The notes below the pieces were generated by a model. That model was not told where the DNA came from, searched no databases, and saw only the letters and a program-made list of their open reading frames with translations. The position numbers and the translations under genes are program-made. From assembly GCA_022844165.1 (NCBI GenBank), contig JALHMH010000008.1, forward strand, positions 73,834-137,833: a DNA stretch of 64,000 nt, in the 5' to 3' direction. Shown here in pieces: positions 1 through 10,145 of the stretch (its first letter is position 1; the number at the start of each line of letters is the position of its first letter). This stretch comes from Lysobacterales bacterium (GTDB lineage: Bacteria > Pseudomonadota > Gammaproteobacteria > Xanthomonadales > SZUA-5).

Positions 1-2184
1 CGTCGCCATCGCGGCATCAAAACTCGGAAGTCCGGCGAGAAACGCTGCGCTGTCACCGTCGAGTAAAGCGTCCGGAACCAGACTCTCGACCGTCACCTGT
101 GAGAGTTCCAGTGCGACACCCATTTCGCGCGCCAGGATGACCAGCTTGCGCGCAACATCAAGGCCGGACAAATCGTCGCGCGGATCGGGCTCGGTATAGC
201 CTGCTTGTCTGGCCTCCAGCACCAGTGCCGAAAATGGCTGACTGCCATCGAAACGGTTGAACAAATACGCCAGGGTGCCGGAGAAGATTCCCTCGATGCG
301 TTCGATGCGATCGCCGGTGTCGATCAAGTCGCGCAATGTGCCGATCACTGGCAGGCCGGCGCCGACCGTGGCCTCGTAGCGCCAGCGAGCACTTTGGCGC
401 GCCGCATCCTGGATAGCGCGATAGCGCGCAAGCGGCCCTGCGCCGGCTTGTTTGTTGGGCGTCAGGACGTGGATGCCGGCTGCCAACCACTTGGCGTAGT
501 GTTCGGCGACGTCCGAACTGGCCGAACAATCGATGATCATCGCGTGCGGCAGATGCTCGGCGCGCACATGCCGGGCAAGGGCATCGAGATCGCACGACAG
601 GTCGCTGCGTTCGAGCGCCGCTTTCCAGTCGCTCAGATCCAGCGTCAACTCGTCCAGCACCATGCGTTTGCTGGCTGAAATCGCGCGCACGCGAAGGTCG
701 ATATTGTTGTCGCGCAACAGGCGCGGTTGGGCCATCCGGATTTGTGCAAGAAGGGCTTGCCCGACATGCCCCGGGCCAATGACCCCAATCGACAGGGTTT
801 GAGCCGAAAGATAAAAGCCGGCGTGCACGGCGCGCAGAGCGCGGGTCGCTTCGCCTTCCGCCAATGCAACCGAAATATTGCGCTCTGACGAACCTTGGGC
901 AATCGCGCGCACATTGACTTTGGCGCGCCCTAAAGCGTTGAACACCTGCGCGCAGATGCCCGGCGTGCCTGCCATGCCGTCGCCGACCACGGCAAGGACG
1001 CTGATGCCGCGTTCGCTGACGACCCGTTGAATGAGGCCTAGCGTGATCTCCCGGCCAAAGGCGTCGGCCAGTACTTCGCGCGCCCGATCGGCGTCGCCGG
1101 CATGGATGACGCAACAGATCGAATGTTCGCTGGAGCCCTGCGAAATCATGGTCACCGACACCTTAGCCGCGCGTAACGCTGCGAACACGCGTTCGGCGGT
1201 GCCCGGCACGCCAATCATGCCAGCGCCTTCGATGGTGATCAGTGCGAGGCCGCCGATCGTTGTGATGCCCTTGATCGGCGGTTCGCGCCCCCCGTCGTGA
1301 TCGATGCGCGTACCGGGGTGGCTCGCGTTAAAGGTGTTGCGGATATAAACCGGTATTGACTTGGCGGTTGCCGGTGCCATCGTTTGTGGGTGGATGACTT
1401 TGGCACCGAAATACGCGAGTTCGAACGCCTCGTCGTAGGAAACGTGGTCGAGCACTACAGCCTCGGGCACCCGCCTGGGATCGGCCGACAGGACACCATC
1501 GACATCGGTCCAGATGTGGATCTCGGCAGCATCGAAGAGCGCGCCAAAAATGCTTGCCGAGTAGTCGCTGCCGTTGCGGCCTAACGTAGTGATTCGATCG
1601 TTCTGATGGCGCCGCGCAACAAAGCCGGTAATAACATAGCGCTTCGATGGATGGTCATGCCGGAATCGCGCCAGCAATTTCTCGCTCGGCAACCAGTCGA
1701 CCCCAACGTGCAACTCGTTCGGTGTCACTCTCAACACATCGCGCGCATCGAGAAAAACGCCGGGTTGATCGAGTTCGTGAAAGTGTGCCGCGAGCAGCAT
1801 CGCCGACCAGACTTCTCCGAGGCCCTGCACAATTTCGACCATTTCTTCAGGCGCAGAACCAATCAGCTCCATCGTCCGCAGCAGATGCGCAAGATCCTCG
1901 AAACCGGTCCGATAGGCGCTCAGGATCTGGCCGGGGTCGGAAAGCAGTTCGCGCGCGGCGGTGTTGTGTTTGTTGTGCAGCGCGGTGAGTTTTTCCACCC
2001 AAATCGAATTCTTGGCACTGGCCAACTGCGTGAGCTCGATGAGCAGATCGGTCACGCCTTGCATCGCCGAAACGACAACGACCTGCTCAGTGTCGCCTCG
2101 AGCGATCATCAATTGCGCAACGTGTCGGTAGCGCTCGGCGCTGGCGACACTGCTGCCGCCGAACTTGTGGGCAATAAGGGGCAT
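1..2184 (-). CDS. thrA: Bifunctional aspartokinase/homoserine dehydrogenase (3' end runs off the window)
   Basis: Manual translation from ATG 2184 gives MPLIAHKFGGSSVA, then TTLGRNGSDYSA, IWTDVDGV, ACT-type segments (ISQGSSEHS) and YTEPDPRDDLSG near the window start. Absent from the ORF track because it has no stop in the window. Confidence 0.88.
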   Translation of the reverse strand, partial: MPLIAHKFGGSSVASAERYRHVAQLMIARGDTEQVVVVSAMQGVTDLLIELTQLASAKNSIWVEKLTALHNKHNTAARELLSDPGQILSAYRTGFEDLAHLLRTMELIGSAPEEMVEIVQGLGEVWSAMLLAAHFHELDQPGVFLDARDVLRVTPNELHVGVDWLPSEKLLARFRHDHPSKRYVITGFVARRHQNDRITTLGRNGSDYSASIFGALFDAAEIHIWTDVDGVLSADPRRVPEAVVLDHVSYDEAFELAYFGAKVIHPQTMAPATAKSIPVYIRNTFNASHPGTRIDHDGGREPPIKGITTIGGLALITIEGAGMIGVPGTAERVFAALRAAKVSVTMISQGSSEHSICCVIHAGDADRAREVLADAFGREITLGLIQRVVSERGISVLAVVGDGMAGTPGICAQVFNALGRAKVNVRAIAQGSSERNISVALAEGEATRALRAVHAGFYLSAQTLSIGVIGPGHVGQALLAQIRMAQPRLLRDNNIDLRVRAISASKRMVLDELTLDLSDWKAALERSDLSCDLDALARHVRAEHLPHAMIIDCSASSDVAEHYAKWLAAGIHVLTPNKQAGAGPLARYRAIQDAARQSARWRYEATVGAGLPVIGTLRDLIDTGDRIERIEGIFSGTLAYLFNRFDGSQPFSALVLEARQAGYTEPDPRDDLSGLDVARKLVILAREMGVALELSQVTVESLVPDALLDGDSAAFLAGLPSFDAAMAT

Positions 2185-2601
2185 GGGTTTCGATTGGTTG
2201 GATAGTGATGGTTGGTGGTTGGTGGCAAAGCTGCACGCAACCGCTGGGCCGAAAACTAGCAGTTTTCCAGAACGCAATGACTCGATCGCGATAATTGCAA
2301 GAATCCCGATGTCACGACCACACATCCCCGTGCACACTGAGCGCTCTAGAATCATCGACCACCAATCGATTCCGTGCGGTGGCGCTATTGACAGATGGGA
2401 AAGCCGCGTCGCCAAAGGGTGTTTTGCACAGCGCGCCAATCGGCCGAACTTTTGTTGCAGGATTGTCAAGGAGCTGTCTTGCCGAAACTGCAAACGTTTG
2501 ATTTATAAGCATTTTACCCAGTCGGCAAGGAACTGCCCAAGAGGCGAAAAAGGGCGTCCCGACGCGGTTTTTGCGGTCGTCAAGAGGCATGCTCCACAGG
2601 G

Positions 2602-2624
2602 TTATCCACAGGCAGTGTGGATAA
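2602..2624. promoter_or_regulatory. Inverted pair of perfect DnaA boxes
   Basis: TTATCCACA (2602-2610) and TGTGGATAA (2616-2624); a 7/9 box TGCTCCACA at 2590-2598. Confidence 0.7.
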
Positions 2625-2712
2625 GGAGGAAAGCGCCTTTGTTGGCAACCACTTAGCTCGAATTGCTGAAGCAGGCGTCAAGAATGGGCTGCAAGTGACG
2701 CATAAGGTCAGA

Positions 2713-4848
2713 TCACGAGAAATCGAGCGGGTCAACATCAATCGAATAGCGAAGTTTAATCTTCGATGCGCGCATCCGTGCAACGCGATCCCTGAGAGCC
2801 GAATGCAGCAGCGCTCGTTGCGTAGACAACACAATCAACTGGTATCGATATCGATCCTGACGTTTCCTGTTGGGGGCTGGCAGTGGTCCCACGATTTCGA
2901 CGCCGGCCATTGGCGGATGAACCAACTCGCCAAGAAAGGACTCGGCAACCTGAGCATCGCGATGTTCGGCGCGCAGTACGGCAGCATGTTGAAGCGGCGG
3001 CAATTCTGCTTGTGCGCGTTCCGCCAGCGCGGCTTGTGCGTATGCGCCGTAGCCTTGGGCAATCAGCATGGTCAGCATCGGGTGTTCGGGCAGGTGCGAT
3101 TGCAGCAGTACCTCGCCAGCGCGCGAAGCGCGTCCGGCGCGCCCAGCGACCTGCACCAGCAGCTGCGCCAAATGTTCGGCGGCGCGAAAATCCGGGCTCA
3201 TCAAGTGTTCGTCGACGCCGGCGATTACCACCAGCGACACGTCCGGCAAGTGGTGGCCCTTGGCCAACATCTGTGTGCCGACGATGAGCATCGGCTGGCC
3301 TCTCAGTACCGTCGCGATCGCATCCTCGAATGCATTCTTTCGCGCTGTCGTGTCGCGATCGAGTCGCAGCAATGGTGTTTGCGGAAAGTGTTCCGCAAGC
3401 GCGACTTCCAGCCGCTCGGTGCCGCTGCCCTGCGGCATCAGCGCCAGACCGTGGCACTGTGGACAGGATCGCGGTGCGCGGATCTGATAACCGCAGGTAT
3501 GGCAGCGCAACACGCCTTCCCCGCGGTGCCACGTCAGGGCGTGTTCGCATGCTTCGCAGTAACCGTGCCAGCCGCAATCGTGGCACATCATCGCTGGCGC
3601 ATAACCGCGGCGATTCTTGAAAACCAGCACTTGTCCGCCGGCATCGAGATGGCGGCGAATATGCACAAGCGACTCGGGCACGAGGCCATCGCGCAGCGAT
3701 CGCTGGCGCAGATCGATGGTGGTCCATGTGGGTGGCTTGGCGGAGCCGATTCGCACCGGCAGTTCGAGGCGCCTGAACTTTCCCGAAGCGACGTTGTGCA
3801 GCGATTCGAACGACGGCGTTGCGCTGCCGAGCAGCACCGGCGCACTCGCAGCCTGCGCGCGCAGCAAGGCGACATCGCGCGCGTGATAGCGAATGCCATC
3901 CTGCTGTTTGAACGAGGCATCATGTTCTTCATCGACAACGATCAGACCCAGCCGCGGTAGGGGCGTCCAAACGGCAGAGCGGGTGCCAACCACAACATCG
4001 ACCTCGCCCCGTGCAGCGGCGGCATAGGCGGCCGCACGTTCGCCGTCGCCGAGGCTCGAATGCAACGCCGCAACTCGTGCCGGTAAACGCTCCCGCACAC
4101 GCGCCAGCAGTTGCGGCGTCAATCCAATTTCCGGCACCAGCAACAAGCCTTGTTGGCCGGCGCACACGATATCGGCCAGGCGCTGCAAATAAACCTCGGT
4201 CTTGCCGCTGCCGGTGACACCATCGAGCAGACAAACATCAAAACCAAGTGAGGCCCGCAATGTGGTCAGCGCGCTGTTTTGCGCAATGCTCAGCGGCGGC
4301 GCTGGCGCGAGGATCGGCGGCGGCGAATATGGCGAGACCTCGGTGACACTGACGAGGCGCTTGTCGCTCCAGCGGCGCACGATGGCTCGCCAGGGACCAT
4401 GGATCGTGGCCAACTCTGCGCCGAATGCCGGCCCCGCCAGGAGGCGTTGCCAGAGCGCTTTGGCGTGCGCGCCGCGCATAGGGCCCGGCGCAGTGCGATC
4501 AATAAGCGCGATCAGCGTCTCGCGCTGCACGTCGATGGCTTCGGACCGCTTCAGTCCCGAGGGGAGTGCCGTTGCGATCAACTCACCCAGCGGCGCATGG
4601 TAATAGCGCGCCGCTCGCTCCAAGGTCTGCCACAAGATGGGATCGAACAGCGGTTCGCGATCGAGCACTTCGGCGATCGATTTTAAGTCGCCATCGTGCT
4701 CCTTGCCGATGGCCGCGACCACACCAATCACTTCGCGTTTGCCGAATGGCACGCGCACGCGACAGCCGACTGCTGGCGGGTCGCCGTCATAGCGATAATC
4801 GAACAGCCGGTCGAGCGGCACGGGAATAGCGATTTGCAAAATTGACAT
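2713..4848 (-). CDS. priA: Primosomal protein N' (replication restart helicase)
   Basis: GVTGSGKTEVY Walker A, DEEH, four CxxC zinc pairs, QVAGRAGR, C-terminal IDVDP; start taken at MSILQIAIPVP. Confidence 0.97.
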   Translation of the reverse strand: MSILQIAIPVPLDRLFDYRYDGDPPAVGCRVRVPFGKREVIGVVAAIGKEHDGDLKSIAEVLDREPLFDPILWQTLERAARYYHAPLGELIATALPSGLKRSEAIDVQRETLIALIDRTAPGPMRGAHAKALWQRLLAGPAFGAELATIHGPWRAIVRRWSDKRLVSVTEVSPYSPPPILAPAPPLSIAQNSALTTLRASLGFDVCLLDGVTGSGKTEVYLQRLADIVCAGQQGLLLVPEIGLTPQLLARVRERLPARVAALHSSLGDGERAAAYAAAARGEVDVVVGTRSAVWTPLPRLGLIVVDEEHDASFKQQDGIRYHARDVALLRAQAASAPVLLGSATPSFESLHNVASGKFRRLELPVRIGSAKPPTWTTIDLRQRSLRDGLVPESLVHIRRHLDAGGQVLVFKNRRGYAPAMMCHDCGWHGYCEACEHALTWHRGEGVLRCHTCGYQIRAPRSCPQCHGLALMPQGSGTERLEVALAEHFPQTPLLRLDRDTTARKNAFEDAIATVLRGQPMLIVGTQMLAKGHHLPDVSLVVIAGVDEHLMSPDFRAAEHLAQLLVQVAGRAGRASRAGEVLLQSHLPEHPMLTMLIAQGYGAYAQAALAERAQAELPPLQHAAVLRAEHRDAQVAESFLGELVHPPMAGVEIVGPLPAPNRKRQDRYRYQLIVLSTQRALLHSALRDRVARMRASKIKLRYSIDVDPLDFS

Positions 4849-5135
4849 GCGACGGGCGTCTCGTGGGTAGGCGAACGCTACGCTAAGAAGAACGGTCTCA
4901 GGGATTGAGAATAGATCCGCGCCTCGTCTGCAGGCGTTGGCTTGGGGCAGCAATCCAATGGCAGAGGGACACGATCAGCAACACGATAGGCAGTACCGTT
5001 GACCGAGGCGCATGTACACCTGAAAGCACGGGAACCGTGCGGTTTGCCTGAACTGCTCGCTGAAGCCGCTCGCCCAATCACGCCCTCCCGACGGCGGCGA
5101 ACGCTAACATGCGCATCAGAACTGAGTACATCATC

Positions 5136-5720
5136 ATGATCGATATTGACGCTGCTGCCACTTCGTACTTTCAGAAGCTCATTGCGCAACAGGGCATCAA
5201 AGACCTGAGCATTCGCCTTCGTGCATTGCATGCGGGCACGGCGAAGGGCGATTGCCGGCTGGAGTTCTGCGAGCCGAGTGAGGTGGAGAGCGACGATTGG
5301 CGCATCGACTGCGAGGGGTTTTCGCTGATCGTCGATAGCGCCAGCGAGCCGTTCTTGCGCGAGCTATCGATCAGCTATCAGCCGGATCGTACCGGTGGTC
5401 AACTCACGATCCGTGCGCCGCAGCTGAAGGGCAAGCCGCCGGAAGCAGGTGCGGGTGTGATCGAACGTGTGCAGTACGTTCTGGCCAGTGAAATCAATCC
5501 TGGTGTTGCCGCGCACGGTGGCAAGGTGAGCCTCGTCGAAGTGACATCCGAAGGGGTGGTGGTGCTGCAGTTCGGCGGCGGCTGTCACGGTTGTGGGCAA
5601 GTCGATGTCACGCTCAAACAGGGTATCGAGAAGACCTTGATGCAACGCGTGCCCGAAATCTCCGCCGTCCGCGATGCCACCGATCACTCCACAGGACATG
5701 CGCCGTACTTCAAGCGCTGA
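5136..5720 (+). CDS. nfuA: Fe-S cluster biogenesis protein NfuA
   Basis: Degenerate A-type N-domain plus NifU-C domain (INPGVAAHGG, GGCHGC, DATDH). Confidence 0.93.
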   Translation: MIDIDAAATSYFQKLIAQQGIKDLSIRLRALHAGTAKGDCRLEFCEPSEVESDDWRIDCEGFSLIVDSASEPFLRELSISYQPDRTGGQLTIRAPQLKGKPPEAGAGVIERVQYVLASEINPGVAAHGGKVSLVEVTSEGVVVLQFGGGCHGCGQVDVTLKQGIEKTLMQRVPEISAVRDATDHSTGHAPYFKR

Positions 5721-5726
5721 CGGCAC

Positions 5727-7115
5727 TCAGGCTTCACGCATGATCGAGCGGTAGTGGTTGCCCGCCTGGAGCGCGGCGAGCGTGCGAGAGGCCAATGTGT
5801 CGAGGTTCAGCGCCTGAACGTCGACCGTCGGTTTTCGCGGCTCGGCAAACGCCGGTGCAAAAAGGCCGCGTTCGCGAGCGATACGCCAGGCGGCGACGAA
5901 GTGCGTGCCGTCCCAACGGGGTGCCAGATCGAAATCATTGCGTTGCCAGGGCTCGTACGGCAGCGAGTCGGCCCCCGGTAACTCGGCAACGAGCGCCGCA
6001 CTCCAGCGGGCACTCTGACTCGAAACTGCCGCATCGATGAATCCCAGTTCGCGCGCCACTTCGGCCACGGGTCCGATCAAATCCGATGGTTCAAAGTTGC
6101 CTTGAGTCTCGCCATGCAATGGCAGATCGACGCGCAGACAGGGCGTTTCGGTATCGAAGGGATCGGCAGCCATCGACTCACATGGCGCATGCAGACGGAT
6201 GATTGGCCGACCCTGGCCTTCCGTTTTCAAGCACACATGCAACACGCCATCCCGCACCGGTTGAAAGCGCTTTGCCGCTGCGCAAGGCGTTGGCGCCTCT
6301 TGCCATTCGCCAACCTCAAGCGTCGCACGGATGACGGCAAAACGCTCATCGGGACCAGCGTCGGCCACGCGAACGCAAGATGGCAATCCATAAGCGATGA
6401 GCGCATCGATCTGTCGCAACAGCAGACTCGATTGCCATCGAATCAATGTTGTTGGCACGGTGAGGCCGGCATATCGTGAGGCATGTTCATTGCAAAACGC
6501 AGCGCGATAGGCGCGGTGGTAATCGGCGCCTGCGCGGAGCGTATCCAGAGCCATGTGGTGGATCACTTCGAGCGGCGGCAGCTCGCGCCGCAGTCGCGCT
6601 TCCGAGCTTTGTTCGAACCACGGGAAAAATGTGTAGATTTCGCGCGCGAAATGCCACAGCTCAGCCAAATGTGCGCCGCTGGCACGTGGCGACAGGTCTG
6701 GGAAATAGGCTTCCAGAATTCGTGCGCGCTCCGGCTCTTCAAAATGCGCGGCATTGTCCAAAACCAGATGCGCCAGCCGCTCCGGATAGCGTCGCGCAAA
6801 TTCCAGTGCGATCTGCGCGCCCGTAGCGCTGCCATAGAGCGCAAATCGTGTCAGGCCCAGCGCATCAGCCCACTCGCGCAATCCGTCGGCGTAATCGGCG
6901 ACGCTCTTTGGGTTCTTCGGATCCGCACTCGACAAGCCGTAGCCCGGTGTATCCGGCGCCAGCACAGTAAATCGATCCTCGAGCGCCTGCATCAGCGGCA
7001 ACATTGCTGCCGAGGACATTGGCGACGGATGCAATGCGACCACCACCGGACCGCGCCCACAGCGGCGGTAGTGAATGTGCCGCGATTCCAGTGCCGTGAA
7101 GTAGCGGCCGATCAC
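5727..7115 (-). CDS. Alpha/beta hydrolase with degenerate second domain
   Basis: LHPSP, APDTPGYGLS, GSATGA nucleophile elbow; overlaps the sufE stop by 4 nt. Confidence 0.8.
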   Translation of the reverse strand: MIGRYFTALESRHIHYRRCGRGPVVVALHPSPMSSAAMLPLMQALEDRFTVLAPDTPGYGLSSADPKNPKSVADYADGLREWADALGLTRFALYGSATGAQIALEFARRYPERLAHLVLDNAAHFEEPERARILEAYFPDLSPRASGAHLAELWHFAREIYTFFPWFEQSSEARLRRELPPLEVIHHMALDTLRAGADYHRAYRAAFCNEHASRYAGLTVPTTLIRWQSSLLLRQIDALIAYGLPSCVRVADAGPDERFAVIRATLEVGEWQEAPTPCAAAKRFQPVRDGVLHVCLKTEGQGRPIIRLHAPCESMAADPFDTETPCLRVDLPLHGETQGNFEPSDLIGPVAEVARELGFIDAAVSSQSARWSAALVAELPGADSLPYEPWQRNDFDLAPRWDGTHFVAAWRIARERGLFAPAFAEPRKPTVDVQALNLDTLASRTLAALQAGNHYRSIMREA

Positions 7116-7516
7116 GCAGCAGCCCGAGCGTAATCCCGGATCTTGGCGAGCACAGCCGACAAGCCGTTTTTTCGCGTTGGCGACAAGTGCGCCGAGAGTC
7201 CGATTTGCTCAATGAACTGCGGTTCCAGCCTGGCGACGTCGGCCGCTGGCCGGCCGCTGTAAACACGTAACACCAAGGCCAGCAATCCAGAGACGATTGC
7301 CGAGTCGCTTGCTGCCTTAAAGACCAGCGTGCCATTGGACTGCGCAGGCTTGAGCCACACCATCGATTGGCAACCAAGGACTCGGTATGCGTCGATGCGA
7401 TCCTCAGCGGGCAGCGCATCCAGTTTCTTGCCCAGATCAATCAGGTACTGATAGCGATCCGACCAGTCCGTGAACAGCGCGAACTCATCGACGATGGTCT
7501 GCTGAATTTCATCCAT
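7112..7516 (-). CDS. sufE: SufE-family sulfur acceptor
   Basis: DWSDRYQYLIDLG, GCQSMVW, SDSAIVSGL, LSPTRKNGL. Confidence 0.92.
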   Translation of the reverse strand: MDEIQQTIVDEFALFTDWSDRYQYLIDLGKKLDALPAEDRIDAYRVLGCQSMVWLKPAQSNGTLVFKAASDSAIVSGLLALVLRVYSGRPAADVARLEPQFIEQIGLSAHLSPTRKNGLSAVLAKIRDYARAAA

Positions 7517-7529
7517 TGTCGGTGTCCGT

Positions 7530-8828
7530 CTATAGCAACAAGCGTCGAATATCAGCCAGCTGTTGTGCAAAGTAGCTGGTGAATCGCGCGGCATCTGCGC
7601 CGTCGATAACGCGATGATCGTAGCTCAGGGACAGCGGCAACATCAGTCGTGGCGCAAATTCACTGCCGTTCCAGACCGGTTCCAGGGCACTCTTTGAGAC
7701 GCCCAAAATCGCCACTTCGGGTGCGTTGATGATCGGCGTAAAGGCATGGCCGCCAATGCCGCCCAGACTGGAGATCGAAAAACACCCGCCGGACATGTCT
7801 GCGGGCCCGAGCTTCTTGTCGCGCGCTTTGGCGGAAATCGTTGCCATTTCCCTGGCCAGATCCAAAAGCCCCTTTTTGTCGCAATCGCGAAGCACCGGCA
7901 CCACCAGTCCATCCGGTGTGTCGACCGCAATGCCAATGTGGAAATAGCGCTTCAATATGAGGATTTCGCCGCTCGCATCCAAAGACGCATTGAAGTTCGG
8001 GAAGCGTTTGAGCGCGGCTACGGCTGCCTTGATCAAGAACACCAAAGGTGTGACTTTGACGTCCTTTTGCTCATCCGCGAGGCGCTTGCGGAATGCTTCC
8101 ATCTCGGTGATGTCGGCTTTGTCGAACTGCGTAACGTGCGGAATGCGGATCCAATTTCGCGCAAGATTGGCGCCCGAAATCTTCTTGATGCGCGATAGCG
8201 GCTGCGATTCGACCGCACCGAATTTGCTGAAATCGACTTGCGGCCAGGGCAGTACATCGAAACCCAGGTTGCCACCTGCGGCGGTTTTCGCCGGTTCCGC
8301 CAATGTGCGTTTGACGAAGCCCTGGACGTCCTCCCTGGTGATGCGTCCCTTGCGGCCAGTGCCAGTAATCCGCGTCAAATCGACACCGAGTTCGCGAGCG
8401 AACAGGCGAATGGCCGGCGAAGCATGAGGGCGATCGCCGGGCTTGGGCTGCGCGGCGGTCGTCACCGGTGGCGTGACGCTGGTCGCTTTTGCTGGTGTCG
8501 ACGCCGGCGCGGCTGGCGGTAGGGCGACCGGTTCTGAAGGTGCCGCCGGCGTGACTGGAGCGACCGGGGCACTCGCAGCAGCACTTGCCGCAGCAGGTTC
8601 AATGATCGCGACCAGACTGCCCTCTTTCAGAGAATCGCCCAGTTTCACTTTCAATTCGCGAACGATACCCGCCACAGGCGAGGGTACTTCCATCGTCGCT
8701 TTGTCCGATTCCAGGGTCACAAGTCCCTGATCGAGTTTCACGGTATCGCCTGGTCTGACCAGGATTTCGATCACCGGCACATCCTGATAGTTGCCGATGT
8801 CCGGCACTTTGGCTTCGATTGTGGCCAT
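7530..8828 (-). CDS. aceF: Dihydrolipoamide acetyltransferase (PDH E2), single lipoyl domain
   Basis: LESDKATME lipoyl site, HASPAIR subunit-binding domain, SYDHRVIDGA catalytic motif. Confidence 0.95.
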   Translation of the reverse strand: MATIEAKVPDIGNYQDVPVIEILVRPGDTVKLDQGLVTLESDKATMEVPSPVAGIVRELKVKLGDSLKEGSLVAIIEPAAASAAASAPVAPVTPAAPSEPVALPPAAPASTPAKATSVTPPVTTAAQPKPGDRPHASPAIRLFARELGVDLTRITGTGRKGRITREDVQGFVKRTLAEPAKTAAGGNLGFDVLPWPQVDFSKFGAVESQPLSRIKKISGANLARNWIRIPHVTQFDKADITEMEAFRKRLADEQKDVKVTPLVFLIKAAVAALKRFPNFNASLDASGEILILKRYFHIGIAVDTPDGLVVPVLRDCDKKGLLDLAREMATISAKARDKKLGPADMSGGCFSISSLGGIGGHAFTPIINAPEVAILGVSKSALEPVWNGSEFAPRLMLPLSLSYDHRVIDGADAARFTSYFAQQLADIRRLLL

Positions 8829-9024
8829 TCGCGATCCCTTGAGAGCTTTGCGCCAGCCGCGATTGATAGCAGTAAGCCGGGTGCGAGTCGAGCTTGCCAG
8901 AGACAGACGCTTGCGACGGATCGCGAAACGAGCGGCCACGATAAACCCGACAAAGATGGAAGAATCGTCCGGGAGCGGTGTTTGGATCGATTTTTCGGAT
9001 TGGCTTTGATTTTGCAGCCCAAAA

Positions 9025-9579
9025 TCAAGGTGCTTCGACCCCTTGCGCGATGCGTGCCAGGGCGCGATTGACACGCATTCGAACAGCATCCGGTGTGTCG
9101 TCCAGCTCGGACGCGATTTCGTGAAAACTCATGCCGAACTCGAAGCGCATCAAGACCAGATTGCGCAAATCGGCGGGCAGCGATTGCAGTGTTTGTTCAT
9201 AGGCCAGCCAATCGTCGAGCGCTACCGTATCGGCGGGCAAGATCGCATGCGCCGCATCAAAGCCGATGTGGTCGATCGGCGCGCGGCCATGGCGTCGCAG
9301 CGCTTCTCGCAGCGCGTTGATCAGAACCGTGCGTAGGTAGGCGAAGAAGTCGCCGGGGCCGGTGGTTGAGATTCCGTCCAGTTTGTCGAGTACTTTGAGC
9401 CAGGTGAGCTGCACCAGATCCGACGTATCTTGTTCGTGGCGCAGCAGCTGTGGCACCCGGCCATGCGCAAAGCGCTGCAACAGAGGTTCAATACGGGCCA
9501 CCAGAAGTGCGCGGGCGCTGGTATCGCCGCTGCGCATCCGACCGAGCAGGAACTGGGTTGTGTGGGTGGCGTTGTTCAT
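9025..9579 (-). CDS. ECF sigma factor (DTSD region 2.2, no adjacent anti-sigma or kinase)
   Basis: sigma2 (DTSDLVQLTW, FFAYLRTVLIN) and sigma4 (GMSFHEIA, DAVRMRVNRAL). Confidence 0.88.
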   Translation of the reverse strand: MNNATHTTQFLLGRMRSGDTSARALLVARIEPLLQRFAHGRVPQLLRHEQDTSDLVQLTWLKVLDKLDGISTTGPGDFFAYLRTVLINALREALRRHGRAPIDHIGFDAAHAILPADTVALDDWLAYEQTLQSLPADLRNLVLMRFEFGMSFHEIASELDDTPDAVRMRVNRALARIAQGVEAP

Positions 9580-10145
9580 CGGTCTGCGTTGCCACGGCGG
9601 TGCCTGGCCTTGCTCACGGCGGCAGCCAGCTGGGAGGCTTCCCAGGCAAGAAACCGCCAGGCCAGATCGCTGAGGAGGGCAGCGACCAGGCCCACCAGCA
9701 CCCCACCGATCATCAGCGCGTTGGCGTAAAACATGGCCGTTGGCCACTCGGTCCCGATGTTCAGAGCGCTCATGAGAGACGCACCGGTCCAGCCGGTAAA
9801 TGCGTACACAGGTACGATCGTCAGTGGGTTGGTGACGAACTGCAGGGCTACCATGACCGTTACGTTGGCGCGCAATCCTAACGCGACAACGAATGCAATG
9901 AAGAATTGCACGCCATACAGCGGCAGCAGCGAAATAACCCATCCGGCGTAGAGCGCAGGCACGATCTGCGCGCGCTTGAACGACCAAAGATACGGGCGCG
10001 CTCGTGCGGCGTCGCCGAACCAGCGGATGACCGGGTAGCGATGCGCGTTGTCGCGCCTGGGCAGATGCTTGAGCAGACGGCGCAAACGCGCGCGGCGCCG
10101 ATTTCGGCGCTGCGTCAGCGAATCGAGATCATCGTTGTCAGACAT
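9576..10145 (-). CDS. DUF2062-family membrane protein
   Basis: LWSFKR, LPLYGVQ, FVTNPLTIVPVY motifs and hydrophobic helices. Confidence 0.8.
   Translation of the reverse strand: MSDNDDLDSLTQRRNRRRARLRRLLKHLPRRDNAHRYPVIRWFGDAARARPYLWSFKRAQIVPALYAGWVISLLPLYGVQFFIAFVVALGLRANVTVMVALQFVTNPLTIVPVYAFTGWTGASLMSALNIGTEWPTAMFYANALMIGGVLVGLVAALLSDLAWRFLAWEASQLAAAVSKARHRRGNADR

Noticed and set aside
2185-2230. ACC-rich stretch upstream of thrA as a thrL attenuator
   Set aside because: Only a TITI tetrapeptide in one frame; no clear leader start, Thr run or terminator hairpin.
2500-2713. oriC
   Set aside because: Only two or three DnaA boxes, no AT-rich unwinding repeats, no dnaA/gidA context.
158-3960. 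Long alternative ORFs (158-1114, 1606-2205, 2617-3960) and similar ones throughout the window
   Set aside because: Antisense or frame shadows of real genes in high-GC DNA; Arg/Pro-rich with no motifs.
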